64,000 nucleotides of DNA. Source: an uncultured virus (IMG/VR IMGVR_UViG_3300042863_002994). Its lineage: Duplodnaviria; Heunggongvirae; Uroviricota; Caudoviricetes. Positions 10,112-18,855 of this stretch are shown piece after piece. How positions within the stretch are numbered: position 1 is the stretch's first letter; every line of letters begins with the position of its first letter. The notes beneath the pieces were generated by a model. The model was not told the DNA's origin and did not search any database. It worked only from the letters and a program-made list of their open reading frames with translations. The stretch lies in IMG/VR virus record IMGVR_UViG_3300042863_002994; one strand, given 5' to 3'. Position numbers and translations under genes: made by a program.

Positions 10112-10167
10112 GTCATAATTGCTGAAACAATAAAAATTGCTCCGAAAATTGTCATTAATTTTTTCAT
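10110..10167 (-). pseudogene. Truncated lipoprotein-like signal peptide (second cassette gene)
   Basis: MKKLMTIFGAIFIVSAIMT, cut at the junction where a lipobox Ser-Cys would be expected. Confidence 0.55.
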
Positions 10168-10342
10168 TCTGTTTTGCGTAGTCGCCACTTTTGTTTGATT
10201 ATGTTCCGTTTTTTAAAGTGGGTTCTGGTCTCCACATTTGTGAATTAAATTATTGTTTGGTCTTAACATATATGTCAATACGAGTCAAAAGTCGGTGGTT
10301 CTCTTGTCTTTGTCATTCCGTTGGTTGTCTTTTTAAACTTGC

Positions 10343-10475
10343 CCATAACGTTTTTGGGCTTGGCGAAGGTGGGGATTAAAAAGTACTAAAGTTCAAATTT
10401 AGCACAAAAGTTAATAGAAAGTACAAATGCTCAATTAAGCACAAAAGCCCCACTTTTGCCAAACCCTTGTTAGCT
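10343..10475 (-). other. attC-like recombination site
   Basis: AGCTAAC just after the HAD stop, then a 19-bp imperfect inverted repeat (GGGTTTGGCAAAAGTGGGG / CCCCACCTTCGCCAAGCCC), then GTTATGG. Confidence 0.8.
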
Positions 10476-10481
10476 GCCGTA

Positions 10482-11156
10482 TTATTTATTAATTCCAAGT
10501 TTGTTTTCTGCATTTTCAAAATTAAAGTTGACCCAGTTTTCAGTATGAACGTCAATACCTTCTTTCTTAAAATCGTCATAATTTTTCAATCCCACTCCAA
10601 TGAATTTTAAATTTAAGTTTTTTGCTGTTTTTAAATCCCAAATTCCATCTCCGATTGAAATAATATTTTCAAATTCGTCAACACAATAATATTTTTTCGC
10701 TTTTTCGATTGCGTCAGATACAATTTCTTCTCTCTTATAAAAATGGTTAGATGAAGCAATAAGTTTCTCGTCATACCAAATTTTTGCTTGTTCTAATTTA
10801 AGAATAGCTGGGTTCAATAACGAGCCTGTCGCAAAAGTCAAAGCGTATTTTTTTTCTTCTTTCAAAAAGTTCACAAATTTGTTAGCCCCATTAATTTCTT
10901 TAACATTTTCTAATGTTTGCATTATTTCAATCATTTTCTGTTCAAAGTCGTTTAACAAATTAAAATCAAACTTTACAGAAAAATTATTTTCGTAGTTTTC
11001 TTTTAAAATGTAACTGTCTGTATGATGCTTATATTCATTCCAGTTTTGATTAATTTTAGTAACTCCAATTTTTTGCATTGAATTTAAATATGCAGTTTTA
11101 TGTTGGTAATCACTTTTTGTCAAGGTTTCGTCAATGTCAAATACAATTAAATTCAT
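10482..11156 (-). CDS. HAD family hydrolase (cassette-borne)
   Basis: Motif I FDIDETL, motif II ATG, motif IV IGDGIWD. Confidence 0.9.
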   Translation of the reverse strand: MNLIVFDIDETLTKSDYQHKTAYLNSMQKIGVTKINQNWNEYKHHTDSYILKENYENNFSVKFDFNLLNDFEQKMIEIMQTLENVKEINGANKFVNFLKEEKKYALTFATGSLLNPAILKLEQAKIWYDEKLIASSNHFYKREEIVSDAIEKAKKYYCVDEFENIISIGDGIWDLKTAKNLNLKFIGVGLKNYDDFKKEGIDVHTENWVNFNFENAENKLGINK

Positions 11157-11179
11157 TTGTGAGTGTGTTTGGTAAATAT

Positions 11180-11257
11180 GGCAGCTAACTTGTTTATATG
11201 TCTGTAACGCCCATTAATTTTACAGACATAACCCATCTAATTTGGTGGGATATGTCT
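11180..11257 (-). other. attI-like site: core GTTAGCT plus three phased TATGTCT/AGACATA boxes
   Basis: AAACAAG^TTAGCTGCC at cassette start; boxes at 11197, 11224 (inverted) and 11251. Confidence 0.5.
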
Positions 11258-11323
11258 ATGTTTTTGATTTACAGGTTGGGAAATTACAGATATTATTCAA
11301 AAACGCCCAGCAGTTTTTGGATG

Positions 11324-11518
11324 TTCATCGGTAGTAACTTCACTTTATCTCATTATGATGATGAGTATCCTACGATAGATCATAAAATATCTATTTATGA
11401 AGGATTTTGTAAAGGAATGGAACCTGAGTTAATATCTTCTATTCAAAATATTTGTTGGACTAAGAGAACTATTAATATAAAAAAGAACAAGAAATCATTT
11501 TATTCAGAAAATATATAA
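11324..11518 (+). pseudogene. 3' part (HNH-like domain) of the interrupted endonuclease
   Basis: NFTL...YPTIDHKISIYEGF...PELIS.I.NICWTK..IN aligns with the C-terminus of 6950..7867. Confidence 0.8.
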
Positions 11519-11521
11519 TAA

Positions 11522-11932
11522 ATGAATCATCTATTATTTTTTAATAACTTCATATCGGAAAGTGTCGACTCTAAACCATTGAATGGAATGATGGCAAATC
11601 ATCTATTAAAGGATTCAGATGCTTTTCCATTTAATAAAAAAGAGATTGAATGGGTAAAGTCTAATATAAATACCAAGGATTTCGATTTGAATATTGATAA
11701 GGAAAATAGTTTTTTTATTTTTTCAAAATCAAAAACACATGGCACTCGTGTTTGGAAACTTAAAGACAAATGGGATAACTCTGATGTTTATTTTTTAAAA
11801 TTAAAAGCAAATTTCGATGAGCATCATCCTTCGGATCCATCTTCTGGTACTTGGTTTGGATCATCTTTTGGTAGAGAATGGGGTCGTAATTGGGAAAAAT
11901 TTAATACAGAAAACATATCAGAAATTTTTTAA
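11522..11932 (+). CDS. Hypothetical protein with MNHLLFFNNFISES leader
   Basis: 136-aa ORF, leader variant. Confidence 0.7.
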   Translation: MNHLLFFNNFISESVDSKPLNGMMANHLLKDSDAFPFNKKEIEWVKSNINTKDFDLNIDKENSFFIFSKSKTHGTRVWKLKDKWDNSDVYFLKLKANFDEHHPSDPSSGTWFGSSFGREWGRNWEKFNTENISEIF

Positions 11933-12270
11933 ACTTCTTTGAATGTAAATTTTGTCATTTCTTTATTGAATATGAAAGTTCCACAGAATCTGTATCTATC
12001 ACAATCTGATTGTACTTCATAATATGTTGTTCCATCATGTTCATATTCGAACAACCAAAAGTCATTATCTTCTATCATTTTATCAACTCTTACATCAACT
12101 CTACCTTTTACGCCAAATTCTTCCCACCAGTTCAGATCATCATTTAATTTCCAGTTGATATAATCTTGCAATTCTTTTAGTTGATTTAAATTTAGATTTA
12201 AGAAACCAACTTCTTTTCCATAACCTAGTTTTAAGAAACTTGGATCAAATTCTGTAAATTGTTTTGTCAT
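11929..12270 (-). CDS. Hypothetical protein
   Basis: 113 aa, TATATTTG upstream. Confidence 0.7.
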   Translation of the reverse strand: MTKQFTEFDPSFLKLGYGKEVGFLNLNLNQLKELQDYINWKLNDDLNWWEEFGVKGRVDVRVDKMIEDNDFWLFEYEHDGTTYYEVQSDCDRYRFCGTFIFNKEMTKFTFKEV

Positions 12271-12414
12271 TTTAAAATTATTTAGTTTTATACAAATATA
12301 GGATAAAAAGTGGAAAAACGGTTGAAGGATAAATTCATCGAAAAGTAAAAACTCTATATGATTTTATCTATTTGTTGATTCCGCCATTCTTCTAGTTCTA
12401 TAAAAAATAAGTTT

Positions 12415-12618
12415 TCATTGTTGGGATTCCAAAAAACGTTTAGATTCCTTATAGTTCTCTATCGGAATATCTGCATAAATAGGTACAATAAGAAATTCGT
12501 TTAAATCATTTCTCGTGCCTAATAGTTCATCATAAGAATAATATCCCTCATAGATTTTACCATAAGTAAAATTACGATACGTAAGTTCTTTTGTGACACA
12601 AACCCATTTATTCATCAA
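12415..12618 (-). CDS. Small hypothetical protein, probably frameshifted before a C-terminal tag
   Basis: Alternate frame continues FWNPNNENLFFIELEEWRNQQIDKII*. Confidence 0.55.
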   Translation of the reverse strand: MMNKWVCVTKELTYRNFTYGKIYEGYYSYDELLGTRNDLNEFLIVPIYADIPIENYKESKRFLESQQ

Positions 12619-12938
12619 TACTCAGTTGTATATTTTATTTCAAATCCGCCATTGTGTGCATCTTCACCGATTTCGAACCAATTTTCTGATCCATCTTCTG
12701 CAGAGTTATAAATTTCTTTCCACTCTGGTTCAATAAGTTTAAAGACTTCTTTCATGGTTTCTGAATCGAGTTCTGATTCAATATCCCAGAGATCGAGTTG
12801 TGAAAGATATTGTATGAAATCTTCTTCGGATTCTCCTTCATAGGGAGTTGGTAGGTTACGGAATTTCTCAGGATTGAGTGTTGCAACTTCTGTCGATCTT
12901 ACTACCTTATAGGTTTCACATTTTCTTACTTTGTACAT
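12615..12938 (-). CDS. Hypothetical protein
   Basis: 107-aa ORF in operon. Confidence 0.7.
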   Translation of the reverse strand: MYKVRKCETYKVVRSTEVATLNPEKFRNLPTPYEGESEEDFIQYLSQLDLWDIESELDSETMKEVFKLIEPEWKEIYNSAEDGSENWFEIGEDAHNGGFEIKYTTEY

Positions 12939-13004
12939 TTTCTTTTACTTAATTGATTATTGATTTTAATTTAAGTTCTCTTATTAATGATTTATCACCT
13001 GCAT

Positions 13005-14216
13005 TTATTTAGATTCGTCATCCATATCATCTTCTTTTTCAAATTCACTTTGATATGAAGGAGAATTGCAAATTTTATCCCACTCAGGACTTTGTTCAAA
13101 TCCCCATTTAATCATCTTATCTACAATTTGGTGCCAATTAAGATCTCCGCGGAATTCAAATTCATTAGGACTTACCATTGAAATCTTACCAAAAGAATTG
13201 AGTTTCATCAATTCATTAAAAGAATCTTTACTAACTTGATATTCGGTATCATTCAAATTATCTTTTCCACAGATTTTTATTGTATAGTATCCTTGTGTTA
13301 CCATATCCAAAACAACATCTTTTTTTAGTCTCAAAGCCTCTGATACTTTACTAACGACAAGTTTCAGATTTTCATCGACTTCAATTCCAGTTTTATTTTC
13401 TGATGAAACGTAGAAAACAACTCCATTTGGATCACACAATGGTTTCATATCATCTAGTCGTGTTCTAAGTACACGTAGATCGACTTTACCTGTTTCAATA
13501 GAATTTTGAGTTGAATTGAATGTAGATTCAAGATTTCTAAGTTCTTTTTCTTTTTTCTCAATTCTATCTTCGAGTTCTTGTATTTTCTCACGATTCATCT
13601 CATTGAATGAATCCATGATCATTTGTTGGGCGATTGATAATTGTGTAGGTTCTTTTACAACTTCTTCTACTGGAACAATAGATTCAGCATTTTCAGTTTT
13701 GAGATCATCATCATCAAAAAGGCAGTCAATAATTGAAAGTGCATTTTCTGATACTACTTTTTCTTCTTCCTCAAAAAGATCAAAGAGTTTTTGTATTGGT
13801 TTTTTTTCTTCTACTTCGATATACATTGGTTTATCATTTTCATCATGAAAGTTAGTTCCACTTAAAATATATTTTTTCATATATCCAATTACTTCTTTTT
13901 CTGAAATCTCATCGGCAATTCGTTGTAACATAGGTTCGTCTGTTTGTGATGTATTCAGTTCTTCTATATCCAATGCCCCATCATCACAAATTGTAACTTT
14001 GAATGTAACTTCCTCTAGCATACCGGATACAGCTTTCCCATCAAGGAAAGCGGTTTTTTGGAAAATCCTTATATTTCCTTTTAGACCTTGTATGAAATTT
14101 AGGAATTTTTTACTTGTTTTGTATTTGCCTAATGTTGGTTCTGATTTTTCAGAATTTTGAGTTGTTTCTTCATTCTCAGATAGTATCTGATCGATTATTG
14201 AGTTTTTATCAGTCAT
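13005..14216 (-). CDS. Coiled-coil hypothetical protein
   Basis: 403 aa, heptad-like central region. Confidence 0.75.
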   Translation of the reverse strand: MTDKNSIIDQILSENEETTQNSEKSEPTLGKYKTSKKFLNFIQGLKGNIRIFQKTAFLDGKAVSGMLEEVTFKVTICDDGALDIEELNTSQTDEPMLQRIADEISEKEVIGYMKKYILSGTNFHDENDKPMYIEVEEKKPIQKLFDLFEEEEKVVSENALSIIDCLFDDDDLKTENAESIVPVEEVVKEPTQLSIAQQMIMDSFNEMNREKIQELEDRIEKKEKELRNLESTFNSTQNSIETGKVDLRVLRTRLDDMKPLCDPNGVVFYVSSENKTGIEVDENLKLVVSKVSEALRLKKDVVLDMVTQGYYTIKICGKDNLNDTEYQVSKDSFNELMKLNSFGKISMVSPNEFEFRGDLNWHQIVDKMIKWGFEQSPEWDKICNSPSYQSEFEKEDDMDDESK

Positions 14217-14244
14217 TTTTTAATTTTTTACAAATATAGATATT

Positions 14245-14583
14245 TTAAAGTATATTATCGAGTTTTATTTCTCTTATTTCTCCTTTTGTTAAAATTTTTG
14301 GAAAATCCATTTGAGAAATATCAAGAATTGTTCCTATATCAACTTTAAGTTCTTTGATAATATCGTTCTCTTCATCATTATCAAGAAAAGATAGTATATT
14401 GTTTATTTCTGTTCTAATAGAATTAAAATTGTGTAAGCATATCACGTTATCCTCATCATGATTATCTACTGATGAAATTGCCAATATATATTTTTCTTTC
14501 TCAGAAAGTTCTTTAATTTTATCCGATATATCATAAACATTAAAATATTTAAAACACTCTTTTAGTTCATTGCTTATCTTCAT
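14245..14583 (-). CDS. Hypothetical protein with C-terminal IREIKLDNIL
   Basis: ORF plus motif. Confidence 0.7.
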   Translation of the reverse strand: MKISNELKECFKYFNVYDISDKIKELSEKEKYILAISSVDNHDEDNVICLHNFNSIRTEINNILSFLDNDEENDIIKELKVDIGTILDISQMDFPKILTKGEIREIKLDNIL

Positions 14584-14830
14584 CTTTTTTTAAAATTTGT
14601 TCTATTTTATATTCTCTTATTTTATTTTTGTTTAATTCAAATATTAATGACATATATTGTTTCAACAATTCTTCTTCTATTCCTAATTCATTGGTGATAT
14701 AATATCTATATCCATCATAATCACCATAATACCATTTTCCTTCAATGAATATATCAAATTTTCCATTAGGAAAGTCTGTGTATCCACTTTTAGTATTTTT
14801 ACAGAAAAATTTTGTACTTATTATTTCCAC
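14567..14830 (-). CDS. Hypothetical protein with C-terminal IREYKIEQIL
   Basis: ORF plus motif. Confidence 0.7.
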   Translation of the reverse strand: MEIISTKFFCKNTKSGYTDFPNGKFDIFIEGKWYYGDYDGYRYYITNELGIEEELLKQYMSLIFELNKNKIREYKIEQILKKDEDKQ

Positions 14831-15118
14831 TTAAAGTCCTAATTTTGAAAGTTGGTATTCTCTGAATTCTATTTTACCCACTGATCCTAGTTCATAAGCT
14901 CTCCTAAAGAAAACATCAAAAATATGATCTTGTTTAAGTTCTTTTGCAACTAAAGCTCTGTTTATTGCTTTATGTTCATCAGTTATTCTATTTGCCTGAG
15001 TTTGTGCAAGTGATATTTGCTTTTCAATATCACTTGTCTTTGATATAATATCTTGTATTCTTTTAAAATTTTTTAGATATTCTGATTTTGTTTGTCCGTT
15101 AAACTCATGTAACATCAT
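14831..15118 (-). CDS. Hypothetical protein with C-terminal FREYQLSKLGL
   Basis: ORF plus motif. Confidence 0.7.
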   Translation of the reverse strand: MMLHEFNGQTKSEYLKNFKRIQDIISKTSDIEKQISLAQTQANRITDEHKAINRALVAKELKQDHIFDVFFRRAYELGSVGKIEFREYQLSKLGL

Positions 15119-15453
15119 GATATAATATTATTATTTATTTCCATTTTTTCTTTAAACCTTAAGGCTTTGAATTTTTTAACTGAATTAAATCCACAAATAT
15201 CCATAATTTCAATTTTATAAAGATCGATTATTCTTTTATGTGTCCAGAAAACATATTCTGCGAGATACTTCTCTTTTGAATTTTCTATATTTCCGATGAA
15301 ATTCTCATTGTCTATTTTAATATCAGGAGAAAGTCTATTAGAAAATCTTCTAGATACATCCAAAAGATTTTGTCGAGTCTCGTAGTAATCCATTTCCTTT
15401 AGTTTATCTATGATTTTTTTATCAATATGACTTCTTATATTTTCTCTTTTCAT
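15115..15453 (-). CDS. Hypothetical protein
   Basis: 112 aa, overlapping start/stop with neighbours. Confidence 0.65.
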   Translation of the reverse strand: MKRENIRSHIDKKIIDKLKEMDYYETRQNLLDVSRRFSNRLSPDIKIDNENFIGNIENSKEKYLAEYVFWTHKRIIDLYKIEIMDICGFNSVKKFKALRFKEKMEINNNIIS

Positions 15454-15797
15454 TTTAAAATATTTTCTATTTTATTATCTCTTACAACTTTTTTAATCCA
15501 ATTTATATCTTTAAAATTAATTCCAATTACTATATCATTTAAAACATAATTATTTATCTCAATTCTTTCTTTCTGAGTTATAATATCGATATTTCTTTTT
15601 TTAAAATGATATTTATTTGATATCTTATCATAAAGCCTTTCTTTGATGTATTTCAATTTCCATATCTCATTTTCTTTTTTATAGAATGTTTTGATCTTCA
15701 ATGTATCATAGAAGATAAATTCATATGTACTTTTAAATACTATATCAATTTCTCTCTCAATAGATATTGTATTATCTGAAACTCTTTCTATTTTCAT
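15450..15797 (-). CDS. Hypothetical protein with C-terminal VRDNKIENIL
   Basis: ORF plus motif. Confidence 0.7.
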   Translation of the reverse strand: MKIERVSDNTISIEREIDIVFKSTYEFIFYDTLKIKTFYKKENEIWKLKYIKERLYDKISNKYHFKKRNIDIITQKERIEINNYVLNDIVIGINFKDINWIKKVVRDNKIENILK

Positions 15798-16371
15798 CTA
15801 TTTTGTTTATAAAAAATCCACATAGACCTATGAAAGCACCACCAAGGTGTGCAATGTGACCGACACCATCTTGTACACCGAATATAATACTAAATATTTC
15901 AATAATAACAAAAAAGGCAATTAATTTTTTTGCTTTAAATGAAAAGAAAGGAAGAAAGATTATAGATAATTCTGCATTAGGATATCTTAGAGCATAATAT
16001 ACCATCAGAGCAAATATGGCTGCTGATGCACCAACAAGAGGAACATTAAAAAAAAGAAGTTGGATGAAAGCTCCAAATACTCCCGATATGAAATATAACC
16101 ATAGAAATTTTTTTTCACCAAGATCATTTTCACATAAAGGGCCAAATGAAAGTAATCCAATCATATTAAAAATAAGATGCGTAAATCCACTATGGATGAA
16201 CATGTAACTTATGAATCTATAAACAGAAAACTCATTTGAATTTATAGGATAAGCCGCAAATAAGAACATTAAATTTGGAATAGCCAAAGTAAATATGAAT
16301 GCAATAATATTTATATAAAATATCTTGCTTACTAAGTTTGTTTTTTCGAACATATAAAATAATTTATACAA
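15772..16371 (-). CDS. Rhomboid family intramembrane serine protease
   Basis: H...HLIFNM, GASAA, HIAHLGG, multiple TM segments; real start may be MFEKTN. Confidence 0.9.
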   Translation of the reverse strand: MYKLFYMFEKTNLVSKIFYINIIAFIFTLAIPNLMFLFAAYPINSNEFSVYRFISYMFIHSGFTHLIFNMIGLLSFGPLCENDLGEKKFLWLYFISGVFGAFIQLLFFNVPLVGASAAIFALMVYYALRYPNAELSIIFLPFFSFKAKKLIAFFVIIEIFSIIFGVQDGVGHIAHLGGAFIGLCGFFINKIDENRKSFR

Positions 16372-16425
16372 AAATAAGAAATAAATTTCAATTAAAATAA
16401 CTAATGGATTTTACAATGTTCACTT

Positions 16426-16977
16426 TCATCGCAGTTTATTTTGCTCAATTATAACTTTCAACTTACTAACGTATGCGGTATCTTCTGCATAGTTTTGACC
16501 TAAATAATTCAAATATTCTGACTCACTATGAATATCATTTAAATATGTGGCGCTATAAAAAGCGTAATCAACGACACAATCACGCCATGTGTTAAAACAA
16601 GCATGTCCTTTATTTTCACCAGTATTGGTTGTTGGTCTAAGCTTAGCGCACTTCATTCCAAAAAAGTTTTTATTCTCCTTAAATATGGTGCTACTAAATC
16701 CACCACTTTCTAGTTCGGCTTGAGCTAAGACAATATGTGGATATTTAATGTTAAGTTGTAATATATATTCACGCAATTTATCACGACTAAATTCATTATC
16801 CTCACGCATTACTATTAGTCTGGCTTCATCAGACATTAGTACAACCTTAAATAACTTTATACCAATGCTGAAAGAAATTATTGAAAAAACTAAACCAGTT
16901 AATAATATTACAAAAAGTATCCATAAACGACTAACTTCTGTGTATTGTAATTTTTTACTATTGAATCTATATATCAT
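16426..16977 (-). CDS. Membrane-anchored glucosaminidase (GH73-like) peptidoglycan hydrolase
   Basis: N-terminal TM; AQAELESG, NFFGMK, YAED..Y. Confidence 0.8.
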   Translation of the reverse strand: MIYRFNSKKLQYTEVSRLWILFVILLTGLVFSIISFSIGIKLFKVVLMSDEARLIVMREDNEFSRDKLREYILQLNIKYPHIVLAQAELESGGFSSTIFKENKNFFGMKCAKLRPTTNTGENKGHACFNTWRDCVVDYAFYSATYLNDIHSESEYLNYLGQNYAEDTAYVSKLKVIIEQNKLR

Positions 16978-17083
16978 GTTTTTTTATTTTTTATGATACA
17001 AATATAGTTAAAATTTTCATATATCGAATAAATTTTTTTTTAAACTATTTAAACTTTTATCGTAATATTTACTATATTTTTAT

Positions 17084-17794
17084 ATGTATATGAGAATAAC
17101 ATTTTTATCCGATACGCATAATAAACACACATCAGTGGATTCTTTCTTAACTGGAGGAGATATTTTAATACATGCGGGCGATTTTATGTCAAGTGGTTAT
17201 AGTTCAGAAGAAGCTGAATCTTTTTTTAGTTGGTATGATTCAATAAAAGGCTATGATACAAAAGTTCTTATATCTGGAAATCATGACAGAATTATGGAGG
17301 ATCGTCAAATTTGGTCAGCTGGTGTATTAAAGGGTTATAAAACAATAGAATATCTTCAAGATAACGAATTGGTGATCTATTATGATGGTCCTAATGGTGA
17401 ATTCCCAGAAGATAACATTCACATATGGGGTTCTCCTTGGCAACCTAAATTTTATAACTGGGCTTTTAACTTAGATCGTGGTGAAGAAATTAAACAAAAG
17501 TGGAATTTGATACCAAAGAATACAGATATCTTAATAACTCACGGACCTCCTTTTGGTAAATTAGACCGCACTTCTTATGGGTTAAATGTTGGTTGTGAAG
17601 ATTTATTGCATAGACTTGCTGATGTAAAACCAAAAATACATGTTTTTGGACATATTCATGAAGGAGCTGGTTATGTATTTGATGGAACTACTCACTTTTT
17701 TAACGCATCAGTTCTTAGTGATAACTATGAATTTAGAAATAAACCAATTACAATTGATTGGAATAGTGATACCAACGAAGTTGAATTTGTTTAA
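17084..17794 (+). CDS. Calcineurin-like metallophosphoesterase
   Basis: DTH, GD, GNHD, THGPP, GHIHE. Confidence 0.9.
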   Translation: MYMRITFLSDTHNKHTSVDSFLTGGDILIHAGDFMSSGYSSEEAESFFSWYDSIKGYDTKVLISGNHDRIMEDRQIWSAGVLKGYKTIEYLQDNELVIYYDGPNGEFPEDNIHIWGSPWQPKFYNWAFNLDRGEEIKQKWNLIPKNTDILITHGPPFGKLDRTSYGLNVGCEDLLHRLADVKPKIHVFGHIHEGAGYVFDGTTHFFNASVLSDNYEFRNKPITIDWNSDTNEVEFV

Positions 17795-17820
17795 ATTCAT
17801 TACAAGTTTGTAATGAATTT
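17793..17820. promoter_or_regulatory. Perfect 13-bp inverted repeat (terminator or operator) upstream of uvsE
   Basis: AAATTCATTACAA-GT-TTGTAATGAATTT. Confidence 0.5.
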
Positions 17821-17852
17821 TTATCTATCTTTGTGTAAATAAAAAATAGAAA

Positions 17853-18776
17853 ATGAATAAATTAGGTTATTGTTGTATCTGCCTTGGTATAAATGAAGGT
17901 AAATCAAAAAAAGATCAAATAATGGTCAACCGAGGTATGATTAAAAAAACTTTTGATGCCAAAGGTTTGCCTTATGTTTCTGAACTAACCATATTGAATC
18001 TACAAGATGCTCTTAAAATTCTTGATTACAATATCAAGAATAATATTCAAGTATATAGAATGAGTTCTGAAATGTTTCCCTGGTTCACTCATTATTCATT
18101 TCAAGATTTGCCTAAGTTCAATACAATAAAATCTCTTCTTCAAAAAATCGGCAAAGTTGTTAAAGAAAATGATTTGAGAGTCGGATTCCATGCTCCACCA
18201 TTCAATGTTCTAGGAAGTGAGAATCCATCTGTTGTTGAGAAGACGATAGACGAGTTGAATAAACACGCAGAACTACTTGATTTGATGGAATTAGATCAAT
18301 CTACTTACTACCCAATAAATATACATATTAATACAACACAACCTACCAGAGAATTGGCTGCAAAAAGATTTTGTGATAATTTCAATTTGCTCTCAGAATC
18401 TTGTAAAAAAAGATTGACCGTTGAGAATGATGATAAGTTATCTCAATATTCTGTTAAGATGCTTTACGATCTTGTTTATTCAAACATTTCTATTCCGATT
18501 GTATTTGACCAGCTGCATTATAAATTAGGACCACAAGATCAAACATTAGAAGAAGCTTTGAAATTGGCCATTTCAACTTGGAAGACAAAACCTCTTACAC
18601 ACATGGCTTCTTCAATTAGAAATGAAGATCCTAAAGGATTAGAGCGAGCTCATGCTGATTATATTTACGAACCTATTGAGACATTTGGTTTAGAATTTGA
18701 TATAGAGATTGAATCAAAAGGAAAAGATCTGGCTCTTATTAAGTATAGAAAAGATTACGGATTGTTACTTAGTTGA
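17853..18776 (+). CDS. uvsE: UV DNA damage endonuclease
   Basis: LGYCC, YRMSSEMFP, RLTVENDD, FDQLH, AHADY, ESKGKD. Confidence 0.9.
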   Translation: MNKLGYCCICLGINEGKSKKDQIMVNRGMIKKTFDAKGLPYVSELTILNLQDALKILDYNIKNNIQVYRMSSEMFPWFTHYSFQDLPKFNTIKSLLQKIGKVVKENDLRVGFHAPPFNVLGSENPSVVEKTIDELNKHAELLDLMELDQSTYYPINIHINTTQPTRELAAKRFCDNFNLLSESCKKRLTVENDDKLSQYSVKMLYDLVYSNISIPIVFDQLHYKLGPQDQTLEEALKLAISTWKTKPLTHMASSIRNEDPKGLERAHADYIYEPIETFGLEFDIEIESKGKDLALIKYRKDYGLLLS

Positions 18777-18855
18777 CCTGGATCTAAAAGTCCTTTTCCA
18801 AATTTTTCAACTCTTTCTGAATACCTTGCCTTGATCCTTACTTAAAGATTCTGCT

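Larger units (their letters stand above)
10110..11326 (-). mobile_element. Inserted integron-like gene-cassette array fragment of probable Bacteroidota origin
   Basis: attI-like site, HAD cassette, attC hairpin and start of a second cassette, flanked by two halves of one phage gene. Confidence 0.75.

Noticed and set aside
10376..10579. 67-aa ORF (and 10191..10379)
   Set aside because: Reading frames that run through the attC hairpin and cassette leader; likely artefacts
10110..11326. Insert as an IS, intron or intein
   Set aside because: No transposase, terminal repeats or target duplication; contains stops and antisense genes, and flanking codons are missing
11198..11518. 106-aa ORF as an independent gene
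   Set aside because: Chimeric: the first ~42 codons are insert (attI-like) DNA and the remainder is the orphaned endonuclease C-terminus
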